Assembly (NCBI GenBank): GCA_964016885.1
Contig: OZ024751.1
Location: 45,322,001 to 45,386,000, forward strand
Source of the DNA: Eledone cirrhosa
Lineage: Eukaryota
Length of the DNA stretch: 64,000 nucleotides
Direction: 5' to 3'
This document shows positions 1 through 14,500 of this stretch, in pieces. Position 1 is the stretch's first letter; the number at the start of each line of letters is the position of its first letter. The notes under the pieces were generated by a model, which ran no database searches, was not told the DNA's origin, and worked only from the letters and a program-made list of their open reading frames with translations. The position numbers were made by a program, and so were the translations under genes.

Positions 1-1475
<1,475 letters not shown>

Positions 1476-1477
1476 CT

Positions 1478-2690
1478 ACAGAGGGCATGTCTGAGAGAGC
1501 CACCAAAAACAGTAGTGGTCCCAGGACTGTCCCCTGGGGCACCCCACTTGTTATTAGTGTTTCCTTTGAGAGGGCCCCATTTGCTGCGACTGCCTGGTTT
1601 CTGTCCTTTAGGAAGCCATGCAGCCACTCACCTACTTTTCCAGTTATGCCGAGTCCGTGTAGTTTGTGACATATCATTCCGTGGTTGACCTTGTCAAAGG
1701 CCTTCGCAAAGTCAAGGTATATCACGTCTACATGTGAGCTGTCTAGTAGTTGTTTCAGTACCCAGTCGTGATGTAGCAGCTGTGTAAGGCAGCTTCTTCC
1801 TGGGCGGAAGCCATGTTGCGTGCTAGTCAGGCGGTCATTTTCTTCGAGGAAAGTGATCAGTTTCTTTTTGACGACTCGCTCCATGACCTTACTGATATGC
1901 GACGTCAGGGAGACTGGCCTATAGTTCTTGGCCTCCGCTCTACTACCTCCTTTATGGATAGGGCATATTGTGCCTTCTTTCAGCTCCCTGGGTAGTACAC
2001 CGCTAACCAATGAGCTTCTGAAGAGCATCTTCAGTGGAGTTGCTAAGGCCCGCTTACATATTTTTAAGAGAACTGCTGGGAATCCATCAGGTCCAGCAGC
2101 CGAGTCTGTTCTAATTTCATCAATGGCGTACACCACATACTCCTCCGTTATGTCTATGTGGTTGATGGTTGCCATTTCTTCATGTAGTGTTGTGGCATCA
2201 AAGAACTCCTCTGGCTTCGTTATTTGCATGTGCCTCAATGGACATGTGAACACACTTTTGTACTGTTCGTTCAGTATTTCACATATCTCTTGGGGGTTTT
2301 CGGTTAATGAACCGTCCGTATGGAAGAGTGGCCCAATCTTGCAGTGTACTGAGGCAGTTTCTTTTGCAAATTTAAAGAAGGCCTTAGGGTTTGTTTTAAT
2401 GTTTTCTATGGCCCTGTTCTCTTTCTTTGCCCTCTCATTCTCATGGGAAAGTTTGAGTGCAATCTCGGTGTCAAGTAGTGCACGTTTCAAATAGGATTCC
2501 TTCTTGTTTTTGTTTTGTTGACTATTCAACTGGTTTGAGAGTTTGGTTCTACATCTCATAAGGATTTTCCTATCTCTGGGAAGAAGATTTTTGTGTCTGT
2601 TTGCCTTTTTCTCCGGGACAAACTTTTTGCATATAGTGTGTATCGTTGTCATGAAGTGTTGAAATTGTGTGTTAGTGTCTTGTGTGGCGG
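1478..2690 (-). mobile_element. CR1-clade LINE ORF2 reverse-transcriptase fragment (disrupted)
   Basis: Minus-strand translation gives [14 protein letters not shown]...[17 protein letters not shown]...[14 protein letters not shown], canonical non-LTR RT motifs of CR1/L2-type elements. It is truncated by the microsatellite on one side and the RTE fragment on the other. Confidence 0.9.
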
Positions 2691-2714
2691 TGTTTTCACT
2701 CCATGTTTGCTTCA

Positions 2715-3386
2715 TTGAGGCCTGGGCATTGTGTGCAGAGGATATACGCAGACTGGAGAGGAACGAAGCTTGCATGCTCCGCTGCATGTGTAATAGTAAT
2801 ATACGTGAACGGCAAAGCATAAACGAACTAAGGGAGAAATTAGGAATAAGAGGAATCAGATGTTGTTTACTCGAGAGAAGACTACGTTGGTACGGTCACG
2901 TGATGCGCATGAAAGACGACAGCTGCATAAAAAAGTGCAGGGTGATAAAAATAGACGGTAGCCACGGAGTAGGCAGACCCAGAAAAACCTGGGACGACTT
3001 GATAAATTCCGACCTCACACACTTACACCTCTCCAAGACAATGTCACTTGACAATGTCCCACTACCCTCACCCCATCCACACCACCCCTTTCAATGTAAA
3101 GTTACGTTGGTACCACAACATCCAGTCCGAAACAAATGAGGTCGTGTAGGTGTCACGACAAAAAAACACACAGTCCACGCTGTAATGTGGCAGTGTAGGT
3201 AACACGGTAAAAACCTCCCAGTCCACACTGTAAACGTGGTTGGTGTTAGGAAGGGCATCCAGCCATAGAAAACCCGCCAGACAGTCCTATACGAGCAAGA
3301 CAACCAATCTTGCCTCAAGTGGGAAAATTCCCGTCCAAACCCTTGCAAGCGTGGAAAATGGACGTTAAACGATGATGATGATGATA
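2715..3386 (+). mobile_element. RTE-clade LINE 3' fragment (RT C-terminus, 3' UTR and (GAT)n tail)
   Basis: ORF 2669..3139 contains [43 protein letters not shown] and the element ends in gacgttaaacgatgatgatg. Confidence 0.88.
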
Positions 3387-3394
3387 TTTAATAT

Positions 3395-4370
3395 GATAAA
3401 GCTTCTACAGGACTAGAACTGTTTCATTCGTGAGAAATCATCAGGAACCTCCTGATGATTTCTCACGAATCAAACAGCTTAGATCCTGTTGTCATTCTAT
3501 GAGTGGTCAAGAATTGTACACGTCATCGGTATTTTTGGCCACTCATGGCCGTCCTATATTTGGTTCCCTTCATTTGCTACCTGTCAATCAAAGTTGTTTC
3601 TTAAATCAGAATTACTACTGTAGGAGGTAAGCGGTTGTATGGTTGAACCGCTCGCGCCCTGTCGCCACCCTCTCCACCTGTATTCGCTGCCCTCACCCAT
3701 GTTTCGCGCAGGCGTGATACATACGGGCACAATACACCCACAGCAATCAGGTACACACCTGCAACAGTATTATATGCGACAATCAAAGTAGATATTGAAT
3801 GTCCAGCGAATAGTTATAAAGAATTTTTTCAAGAATGGAAAAACATTTAACAGAACGTTTCATTTAGGTTTGTTGGTTCACGACTGGATAGATGAACAAT
3901 AATAATTCTTAGGGGTATAACAATCCTAGAAAATGCTATTTACATCATTTCTAAAAATAGCAAAACAGTTGATGCTTTGAATAGGGCCAAATAGAAGTCG
4001 TTAGACATGCTCAACCAACCGTGATGCCTAAACCAATCAGCTTCAGTAATCCAGTGAAACTACACACCGATTGGTCGAAATACAGTTTGCAAAATATAGC
4101 ATTCTGTAGCCGCTTTTCACTGTATATAAGGCACAAAATTTACCCATCTCATTACAGTTGAAAATTGCAAACTTGACTGTCACCACAGAATATGAACCTG
4201 AAGATTGCGAAAGCATGAAATTACTTGTTCAATTAACACTTAAAACTTAATATTCAACCATACTATTTCATTTTAATACCATTATAATTTTAAAGGATTG
4301 TAAATCAGACAAAGTTGGAATTCCTTTTATTAATATAATCTTTTTCCACAATCATACACACCCGTGTATA
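3395..4370. mobile_element. Penelope-like element remnant (inverted terminal pieces with hammerhead-like cores)
   Basis: Head-to-head inverted CTGATGA-tttctcacgaat-(G/C)AAAC motifs at ~3413-3483, a related copy at 55130, and a further hammerhead motif at 4193-4231. No RT or GIY-YIG ORF was recognised. Confidence 0.45.
4193..4231 (+). ncRNA. Minimal type-I hammerhead ribozyme-like motif
   Basis: TGAAC-CTGAAGA-T-TGC(GAAA)GCA-T-GAAA-TTAC-TT-GTTCA: 5-bp stem I (TGAAC/GTTCA), intact CUGAnGA and GAAA cores, GNRA-capped stem II, weak stem III. Confidence 0.6.
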
Positions 4371-4589
4371 TTTATTTATATATATATATATATATATAGC
4401 TTTTAAGCTATTTTGTAGTATCTCTGTTCAGGAACACACCACTTATACTAAATGTATCTCCTTGGAGCTTTGTAAAAGTCTGAGAGATTGGCTACATATG
4501 TGTTTTTTATATTTTTTTTTTGTTTAGATGGAAGACAAAACAAAGAAGATGAATACAAAGATGAAGAAGAGAAAGAAAGATGAAGAACC

Positions 4590-5070
4590 GCACTGCACTG
4601 CACAACACCACACTGCACTGCACCGCACCACACTGCACTGCACCACACTACATCACACTGCACCGTGCCACATCACACCACACTACTCCACACCACATAA
4701 CACCACAACACACCACTCCTCACTACTCCACATCACACTACACTACAACACAACACACAACTCCTCACTACATCACACCACACTACTCTACATAAGAACA
4801 CACCACACTATTCCACACTACATAACACCACAACACAACACACCACACCCCACTACATCACACCATATAAAAACACACCACACTACTCCACACCACATCA
4901 CACCACAACACAACACACCACACCTCACTACACCACACTACTTAAGAACACACCACACTACTCCACACCACATAACACCACAACACAACACACCACACCT
5001 CACTACATCACACCACATAAAAACACACCACACTACTCCACTCCACATAACACACCACACCACATAACAC
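4590..5070. repeat. Degenerate pentanucleotide (CACYA/CACAT)n low-complexity tract
   Basis: Visible 5-nt periodicity. Similar tracts lie at 6340-6790 and 7870-8050. Confidence 0.9.
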
Positions 5071-5074
5071 CCAA

Positions 5075-6340
5075 CATTTTTTCCTCATCTTTTTATCATG
5101 TGTTATCAACTAATTCGAACTCCAAGATGTTTGTTATTGACTCTCTCTTCATGGAAAACTTAGGTGGATGCACTTCTCTCATTTAACCCCAGAGTTTTCT
5201 CTAAGATTTTTCGTATGTTATCAATGAATATGACCTCCAAACCAGTTGGAAATGATTAGTTGTTCTAGAAAAAAGGAGGGGTAAAGCAGGTGGAAAAACC
5301 ATTGTCGTTTTGTAGATATATATCCTAATGATTTTTTCTTCGGTCTCCTCTTGAGTGCTATCAACTAATCTGACCTTTTAGTTGCTCTGAATCAATTTTT
5401 TTTCTTCTGGGATTTGGAAACTTAAACATAAAATTAAATCTAGCCCCAACCCTAAACTCTAAATCTAAACCAAACCAAGCTAAATATAAATATAAACATT
5501 ACCCCAACCCTTAAACTAAACCCTAAACTATACCCCAACCATAAAACTAAACCCTAAACATTACCCCAACCCTAAAAGTAAACCCTAAAATTTACCCCAA
5601 ACCTAAATCTAAACCCTAAACTTTACCCCAAACCTAAAACTAAACCCTAAACTTTACCCCAAACCTAAAACTAAACCCTAAACTTTACCCCCACCCTAAA
5701 AATAGACCCTAAACTTTACCCCAAACCTAAAACTAAACCCTAAACTTTACCCCAAACCTAAAACTAAACCCTAAACTTTACCCCAAACTTAAAACTAAAC
5801 CCTAAACTTTACCCAAACCCTAAAACTAGACCCTAAACTTTACCCCAACCCTAAAACTAAACCCTAAACTTTACCCAAACCCTAAAACTAAACCGTAAAC
5901 ATTACCCCAACCCTAAACCTAACCCAGGGAAATAAGTTGATTGGAAGCATCTAGGAGGTCAGATTAATTAATAGCACAGGAAATAGCATAGAAAATAGCA
6001 TAGGAAATAGCATAGGAAATAGCATAGGAAATAGCACAGGAAATATACCGAAAATGATTAAGTCCCACAACATGTGAGTGGGGTGTATATCTGCAAAACT
6101 CTTCCCCTCTCCCTCTCCTCTTTTTCCAAAGCTAGTTGTTTTTGACTGGTTTGGAAGTCATATTCACTGATAACACATGAAAATAGAATCAAAGAGAAAA
6201 TTCCGAGTAAGCAGGGGTTATCTGGGTGAAGGGAGAACCACCTCACCCCCGCCGTTTTCCTGGGGGGGGGGAAGTCAGTTTCAAGCATCTTGGAGATTGG
6301 ATTAGTTGATAGCACATGAAAAATAGGAGGAAAAAATTTC
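5075..6340. repeat. Imperfect long inverted repeat (foldback-like) with a minisatellite spacer
   Basis: catgtgttatcaactaattcgaactccaagatg (~5097) pairs with catcttggagattggattagttgatagcacatg (~6286). tgttatcaatgaatatgacctccaaaccag (~5215) pairs with ctggtttggaagtcatattcactgataaca (~6146). gtgctatcaactaatctgacct (~5355) pairs with aggtcagattaattaatagcac (~5956). Confidence 0.8.
5440..5926. repeat. 29-bp telomere-like minisatellite (cctaaaactaaaccctaaactttacccca)n
   Basis: About 15 tandem copies, C-rich on the plus strand and containing CCCTAAA. Confidence 0.9.
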
Positions 6341-7676
6341 ACATCACATCACACCACATCAAATCACTCCGCACGCCATCACATCACACCATACCACACC
6401 ACACCACACCACATCTTACTACACCACATCTCACCACATCACATCACATCACATTTCACCACATCACATTTCACTACACCACTTCACACCACATCTCACC
6501 ACACCACACCACATCTCACCACACCACACCCCATCACATCACATGCCATCACACCACACGCTACCACACTACATCCCACCACTCCACTACACCATATCCC
6601 CCACCCTACATTGAACCACACTCCACTCCATCACACCACTATCCACTACAATAAACCACACTCAACTACTCTACACTACATCACACCACACTACACCACA
6701 CCACTGTCTGCTACACTAAACCACACTCCACTACCCTACACTAGACTACACTACACTACACTACACCACACTACACCACACCACACCACTGTCTATTTGA
6801 CTGTTTTCTATTTTGTAGGTATGTCCAGTTACAGTAAGAGAAAGAAAGTTATTTCAAAGGATCTGAGTAAGTAAACACTTCATTGACCATCATTTTAAGC
6901 AGAATCTCAGTGTAGTTTTAAATTGACCTTTTCATATGATTACACCTCAGTCTTAACTTAATCACCTGTAGATGGATGCTACATGTAATGTTAAAATTAG
7001 TTAAACACCGTTTCCCCCTTCTCATCACATGTGGATGCTACGTGTATTGTTAACATTAATCTAATGTTGTCCCCCCCCCCCCCCCCCCCACCTCACCATA
7101 TCATACCACACCACATCACACCATGTTGTACCACACCAGACCACATAACACCATGCTATACCATATATATATATATATATATATGAGCTCCCCACTCGTT
7201 ATATTAACTGTGTCTCCTCGGTGTTTCGTGAAAGTCTGAGAGATCAGCTATATATTTGTTTACATTTTTTTTTTATATTTAGATGAAAAAGAAGAAAAAG
7301 ACGACAAAGCAGACGACTAAAATGACCACAAAGACAAAGAAGACACGGGAAACGAAGATGACGAAAAGAAGAAGAAAGTATGATCTCAGTTCAGTCTAAA
7401 CCTAATGATTTATAGATATGATCTTAGTTCAGTTTTAACCTAATGACCTGTAGATACGATCTATTTAGGTTTAACTTAAACATTCAAAGATATTTGTATA
7501 TACTTTTGTTTGACATTGTTTTTTAGTTATGAAATAGCTTATAAGCTACATTATAGGATCACAGTGCATGAGCACACTGCTCTTTAAATTAACTTTATCT
7601 CCTCAGCACTTTGTAAAGTCTGAGAGATAGGCAACATATGTTTTACATTCTTTGTTTTTGGTATTTAGATGGCAGA

Positions 7677-7795
7677 GGAGAAGATAAAGGCACAGAAGAA
7701 GATAAAGGCACAGAAGAAGTCAAAGGCACAGAAGAAGTCAAAGGCACAGAAGAAATCAAAGGCACAGAAGAAGTCAAAGGCACAGAAGAAGACAA
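7677..7795 (+). repeat. 18-bp tandem repeat (aaaggcacagaagaagtc)
   Basis: About 6 copies, reading KGTEEV or KAQKKS depending on frame. Confidence 0.9.
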
Positions 7796-8099
7796 AGAAA
7801 ATGAACAAGAAGAACAATTATTATTACTATTATTATTGTTATTATTATTTGTATTATTATAATCAAACTAAGCCACACTACATCAACCTATACCATACCA
7901 CACCACATTATCCAACACCACACTACGAAACACTGTACGACCTCACATCAGACCATGCTATGAAACAATATACCATACTACACTATACAACAATAGACAA
8001 CACCACACAAGACTATGAAACACTATACTTTACCACACTATATCACACCACTCAAGTTAGAGAGGATCAACTTTTTTTCCTGGAAAGTAGAAAACCTAA

Positions 8100-11000
8100 C
8101 TTTAAGCTAAAACCGAACTTTAAAAATAACACTTACCCTAACACTTGCACTCACACACCCTCTAACACTTGCACTCACACATGCTCTAACACTTGCACTC
8201 ACACATGCTCTAACAGTGAACTTAGCGCTAACATGAAAACTAACACAAACACAAAATCTGAAAACTAACATTAAATAGAAAACTAACACAAACACTAACC
8301 TGAACACTAACACTAACCTGAACACCAGCACTAAAACTAACACTACCGTAAACACTAACACTGACCTGAGCACTAACACTAAAAGTAACACAAATACTAA
8401 TCTGAAAACTGATACTAACCAGAAAACTAAGCTAACATTAACTTCAACACTAAAACTAACGCTAACAGAGATACTAACACAAATATTAACACAAAAACAA
8501 ACACTAACACAATCTCTAACACTAACCTCAACACTAACACTAAAACTAACATTAACTTGAACACTAACTCTAACCTGAAAACTAAGCTAACATTAACCTG
8601 AACACTAACATAAACACTAATGCTAACACTAACAGAAATACTAATGCTAACATTAACGCTAACATTAACACAAAAACAAAGACTAACGCTAACACTAATG
8701 GAAACATCAAACACTGATGCTAACAGAGATACTAACACAAATATTAACACAAAAACAAATACTAACACTAACACAATCTCTAACACTAACCTTAACACTA
8801 AAACTAACACTAACATTAACTTGAACACTAACACTAACCTGAACACTTACACTAAAACTAACATTAACCTAAACACTAGCACTAACACTGATCTGAGCAC
8901 TAACAGTAACACTAACACTACCATAAAAACTAACACTAACACTAAAACTAACATGAACACTAATCTGAAAACTGATACTAACCAGAAAACTAAGCTAACA
9001 TTAACCTCAACACTAAAACAAACACTAACATTAACAGAAAAACAAAGACTAACACTAATGGAAACATTAACACAAAATAAAACACTAACACTAATGGAAA
9101 AAATAACACTAACACTACCATAAACACTAACACTAACCTGAACACTAACACTACCACTAACACTACCATAAACCACTAACCTGAGCACTAACACTAAAAG
9201 TAACACGAGCCCTAACCTGAAAACTAACACTAAAAGTAACACGAGCCCTAACCTGAAAACTAACACTAAAAGTAACACGAGCCCTAACCTGAAAACTAAC
9301 ACTAACCAGAAAACTAAGTCAACATTAACTTGAACACTAACACTAATACTAACAAAAATGCTAACACTAATACAAAATGAAACACTAACACTAACAAAAA
9401 TGCTAACACTAATACAAAATGAAACACTAACACGAACACTAATGGAAACACTAACACTCAAAATAACCTGAACACTAACACTAACACTAACACCAACGCT
9501 GACACTGACGAAGATGGCTATGCTGGCACAATCGCTTACGCTGACACAAACACTAATGTGAATACTGATGCAGGTGCAAAGGCTGACAAAGACTGACGCA
9601 CACACTGATGTAAATGCTACACACTCTAACGCTGATGTGGACACTAACACAAATGCTCACGCTGATGCAAACACTAAAGCAAATGCAGACACTAATGCAA
9701 ACACAGACGCAAATGTTGATGCTGATGTTAAAGCAAACGCAAATGCAAAGGATGACAGCGATGCTAATGTGAACCTTAACGCAGACGTAAACATTGACGT
9801 AGAAGCGAAAGGAAACACTGATGCAAACACTAATGAAAATGCTAACACAGACGCTAACACACGTTAACACAGATGCTAACGTAAAGACTGACGCAGATGC
9901 TAATATAAACACTGACGCAGATGCTAATATAAACGCTGACGCAGACGCTAACATAAACGCTGACTCAGATGCTAACATAAACGCTGACTCAGATGCTAAC
10001 ACACGTTGACACAGACGCTAACGTAAATGATGACGCAGACACTAATGTAAACAATGACGTAGAAGCTAATGTAAACGCTGACACAGACACAAATGTAAAC
10101 GCTGACGCTGATGTAGATGTAAATAGACGCTGACGTAGAAGCTAACACAAACGCTGACACAGACACTAATGTAAGCGCTGACGTAGAAGCTAATGTAGAT
10201 GCTGACGTAGAAGCTAATGTAAACGATGACGTAGATGTTAACGTAGATGCTGACGGAGAAGCTAACGTAGATGCTGACGTAGAAGCTTACGTAAATGCTG
10301 ACGTAGAAGCTAACAAAACGCTGACGTAGTTGTTACGTAGAAGCAGGCGTAGAAGTTAGCGTTTACCCTTACCGCCGAAGCTGATCTCCAAAACGCAATT
10401 GCTGATGCGGATTGCTGAAGCCAAAGCCAAGCTAACGCTGACGCAAATGTTGAGGCAGTATTGCCAGGCGCTGACGTGTATGCTGACGCTAATGCAAATG
10501 CTGATGTGGACGCTAGGGCTAAGGCTAACGCTAACGCTGACGCAAATGCTGAAGTTAACGCTTACATGGGATATGCAGACGCTGCAATGATGCGGACGCC
10601 ACAGGAAAGGTTAATGGAAACGCTAATGCTAACGGAAAACGCTGACGCAGACGTTACGGAAACGCTGACGTAGAAGCTAACGTAAACGCTGACACAGACG
10701 CTAACGTAAATGCTGACACAGACGCTAACGTAGACGCTGACACAGACGCGGTCGGAAACGCTGACATAGAAGCTAACGTAAACACTGACGTAGAAGCTAA
10801 CGGAAATGCTGACAAAGACGTTAAAGGAAACGCTAATGCTAATGTGAATGCTGATGCAGATGCTGACGCAAATGCTAACCCCTACACAAATGCAAACGCT
10901 GATGCTAACACTGACTCAAACACTAATGCAAATGCTGACGTGCACGCTGATGCTGAGGGAAATGCTGACACTGACACAAGTGCTGACGTGGACGCTAATA

Positions 11001-11400
11001 ATAATGCTGACTCAGAAGCTGACGTAGACGTAGGCACCGAAACAAACACTAATGCTAACACTAATGTTGACTCAGACACTAAGGGAAATGCTGACACAAT
11101 CACTATCACCAATGCAGACGCTGACGCAAATGCTAACATAGATGCTGACATTTACGCAAACACTAAGGCTAATCCAAACACTAACGCAGATGCTAACACC
11201 AGTCTACATAGACACTAACACAAAAGCTTACATAGACGCTTATGCAAATGCTAACGCTGATGCAGACAGTAACGCAAACAGTAACTGTAAGAGTAACAGT
11301 TACAGTAACACTAACAGTGACAGTAACACAGTCACTAACAATAAACTTACCATTAACAGTAAAACTTACCCTAACACTAACCCTAAATCTAACATTAATC
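8100..11400. repeat. Degenerate hexamer tract (AACACT grading to GACGCT/GAAGCT and back)
   Basis: 6-nt periodicity over 3.3 kb with local 24- and 36-nt higher-order units. Fragmentary ORFs read NT/DA/NV dipeptides. Confidence 0.9.
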
Positions 11401-11559
11401 CAGAGAAAAAAGTCATTTGCAATCACATTTAAGGTCACTCTTTAAGATAAAGAAGATAGGCATTACATTTTAATGATTTTAATTTAAAGAGAATCACGCT
11501 ATACAATGCAACACAATAACACAATAACACACCACACTAACCTACACTACACCAAACTA

Positions 11560-14500
11560 GATTTTACCATACCTTGGTAAATTTATGATAGGTTTCCATG
11601 TTATAACTACACCAAACTAAACCATACCAAACTACACCAAACCAAACCAAACCATACCATAACAAACTACACCATACTACATCACACCATGCTATTAATC
11701 TCAGTGAGAACATTTTTCTTCCTATTTCTTTTTTTTTCTGTGTGTGTGTGCTTACCACCCAATCTGATATCAAAGGTGCTCACAAATGACTATTTTTTTA
11801 CACATTATCAATGTATATAACATGGAAACCTATCATTTGCAATAGGTTCCCATGTCATAACTACAACAATCCAAACCACACCATAACAAACTACACCATG
11901 CTTTTGATCTCAGTGTGAAAAATTTTCTTCCTGTTTCTTTTTTTTTATTTGTGTGTCCTTACCACCCAATCTGACATCAAAGGTGCTCCTAATTTACTAT
12001 TTTTCACACATATTATCAATAATTATAACATGGAAAACTGTCGAAAATGACTAGCTTTGTAGAAAAAAGAGGGAGGATGTGGGTGGAAATACCATTTACA
12101 AAGCTAGTCATTTTTTATTGCAGCGGAAGTCATATTTTTTGTTAATATGCTAAAAGCATAGTCCACTGCGAGCATCTTGGAAGTTGTATTAGTTGATAGC
12201 ACATGCAAAAGTGAAGGAAAACATTTTTTTATTACATAAATCAAAGTGGAGATTTAATTCATTACTTATAACAAAGCATACCACACCACATTAATCTACC
12301 CCAAACCACACCATATCAAACAGCACCATATTATGTTAAATTTATTACAGAATACCTACTCCTATCATTTACATCACACCATGGTATGGAGATCAATGTG
12401 ACAAATTTGCTACCTGCTTTTTTTTTTTTTTTGTGGTTACCACCTCAAACTAACATCAAAGGTGCTTGCCAATGACTATTTCCCCACACATCAATGAATA
12501 TGACATGGGAATCTATCGTTTACAATTGGTTTCCATTTCATAACTTCACCAAACCAAACCACACCATACCAAGTTACACCATACTACATCACACCAAGCT
12601 ATTGATCTTGGTGTGAAACATTTTCTTCCCGTTTCCTTTTTTTTTTCGTGTGTGTGTGCTTACCACCCAATCTGACGTTAAAGGTGCTCCCAATTTACTT
12701 TTTTTTTCCACTTATCAATAATTATATGACATGGAAACCTGTCGAAAATGACTGTTTGTTTGAAACTTCACCACACCACACCATACTACATCACACCAAG
12801 ATATTGATTTTAGTGTGACAAATTTTCATCTGGCATTTTTTTTTTTTACTGCTTACCACACAATTTGACATAAAAGGTGCTCGCAAATTACTATTTTATG
12901 CACATATTATCAATGGTTATGACATGAAAACCTGATGGAAATGACTAGCTTTGTAGAAAAAAGAGGGAGGATGTGGGTGGAAATACCATTTACAAAGCTA
13001 GTCATTTTCTATTACAGCGGAAGTCATATTTTTGTTAATATGCAAAAAGCATAGTCTACTGCGAGCTTCTTGCAAGTTGATAGCACATGCAAAAATGAAG
13101 GAAAAATTTTTTTTCTAACATAAATCAAAGTGGAAATTTAAATCCTCACTTATAACAAAGCACACCACAACACATTAATCTACCCCAATCCACACCACAA
13201 CCATACTTCACCATATGGTAAATATATTACAGAATACCTACTCCTATCATTTACATCACACCATGGTATGGAGATCAATGTGACAAATTTGCTCCCTGCT
13301 TTTTTTTTTTTTTTTGTGGTTACCACCTCAAACTAACATCAAAGGTGCTTCCCAATGACTATTTCCCCACACATTATCAATGAATATGACATGGGAATCT
13401 ATCGTTTACAATTGGTTTCCATTTCATAACTTCACCGAACCAAACCACACCATACCAAGTTACACCATACTACATCACACCAAGCTATTGATCTTGGTGT
13501 GAAACATTTTCTTCCCGTTTCCTTTTTTTTTTTTTTTGTGTGTGTGCTTACCACCCAATGTGACATTAAAGGTGCTCCCAATTTACTTTTTTTTTCCACT
13601 TATCAATAATTATGAGATGGAAACCTGTCGAAAATGACTATCTTTGTAGAAACTTCACCAAACCACACCATACTAAATCACACCAAGGTATTGATTTTGG
13701 TGTGACAAATTTTCATCTGGCATTTTTTTTTTTTTTTTTTTTAAATTTTGTGTTTACCACACAATTTGACATAAAAGGTGCTCGCAAATTACTATTTTAT
13801 GCACATATTATCAATGGTTATTACATGGAAACCTGATGAAAATGACTAGCTTTGTAGAAAAAAGCGGGAGGATGTGGGTGGAAATACCATTTACAAAGCT
13901 AGTCATTTTTTATTGCAGCGGAAGTCATATTTTTGTTAATATGCTAACAGCATAGTCTACTGCGAGCTTCTTGCAAGTTGATAGCACATGCAAAAATGAA
14001 GGAAAAATTTTTTTTCTAACATAAATCAAAGTGGAAATTTAAATCCTCACTTATAACAAAGCACACCACAACACATTAATCTACCCCAATCCACACCATA
14101 ACCACACTTCACCATATGGTAAATATATTACAGAATACCTACTCCTATCATTTACATCACACCATGGTATGGAGATCAATGTGACAAATTTGCTACCTGC
14201 TTCTTTTTTTTTTTTTGTGGTTACCACCTCAAACTAACATCAAAGGTGCTTCCCAATGACACATTATCAATGAATATGACATGGGAATCTATCGTTTACA
14301 ATTGGTTTCCATTTCATAACTTCACCAAACCAGACCATACCAAGTTACACCATACTACATCACACCAAGCTATTGATCTTGGTATGAAACATTTTCTTCC
14401 CGTTTCCTTTTTTTTTTTTTGTGTGTGCTTACCACCCAATCTGACATTAAAGGTGCTCCCAATTTACTTTTTTTTTTCACATATCAATAATTATGACATG

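Noticed and set aside
1813-2494. Plus-strand ORFs 1813..1995 and 1928..2494
   Set aside because: They are antisense shadows of the minus-strand CR1 reverse transcriptase.
4528-5067. 179-aa His/Thr-rich ORF (and similar ones at 6316 and 7669)
   Set aside because: They derive from pentanucleotide low-complexity repeats open in several frames; no domain was recognised.
5440-5926. True telomere or interstitial telomeric array
   Set aside because: The unit is a 29-mer with only partial CCCTAAA content, not a pure TTAGGG array.
13833-13930. CTGATGA immediately before the long hairpin in several 900-bp units, suggesting a hammerhead or a C/D box
   Set aside because: No GAAA follows the stem (ttattgcagcggaag instead), the motif is absent from some units, and no matching D box or terminal stem was seen.
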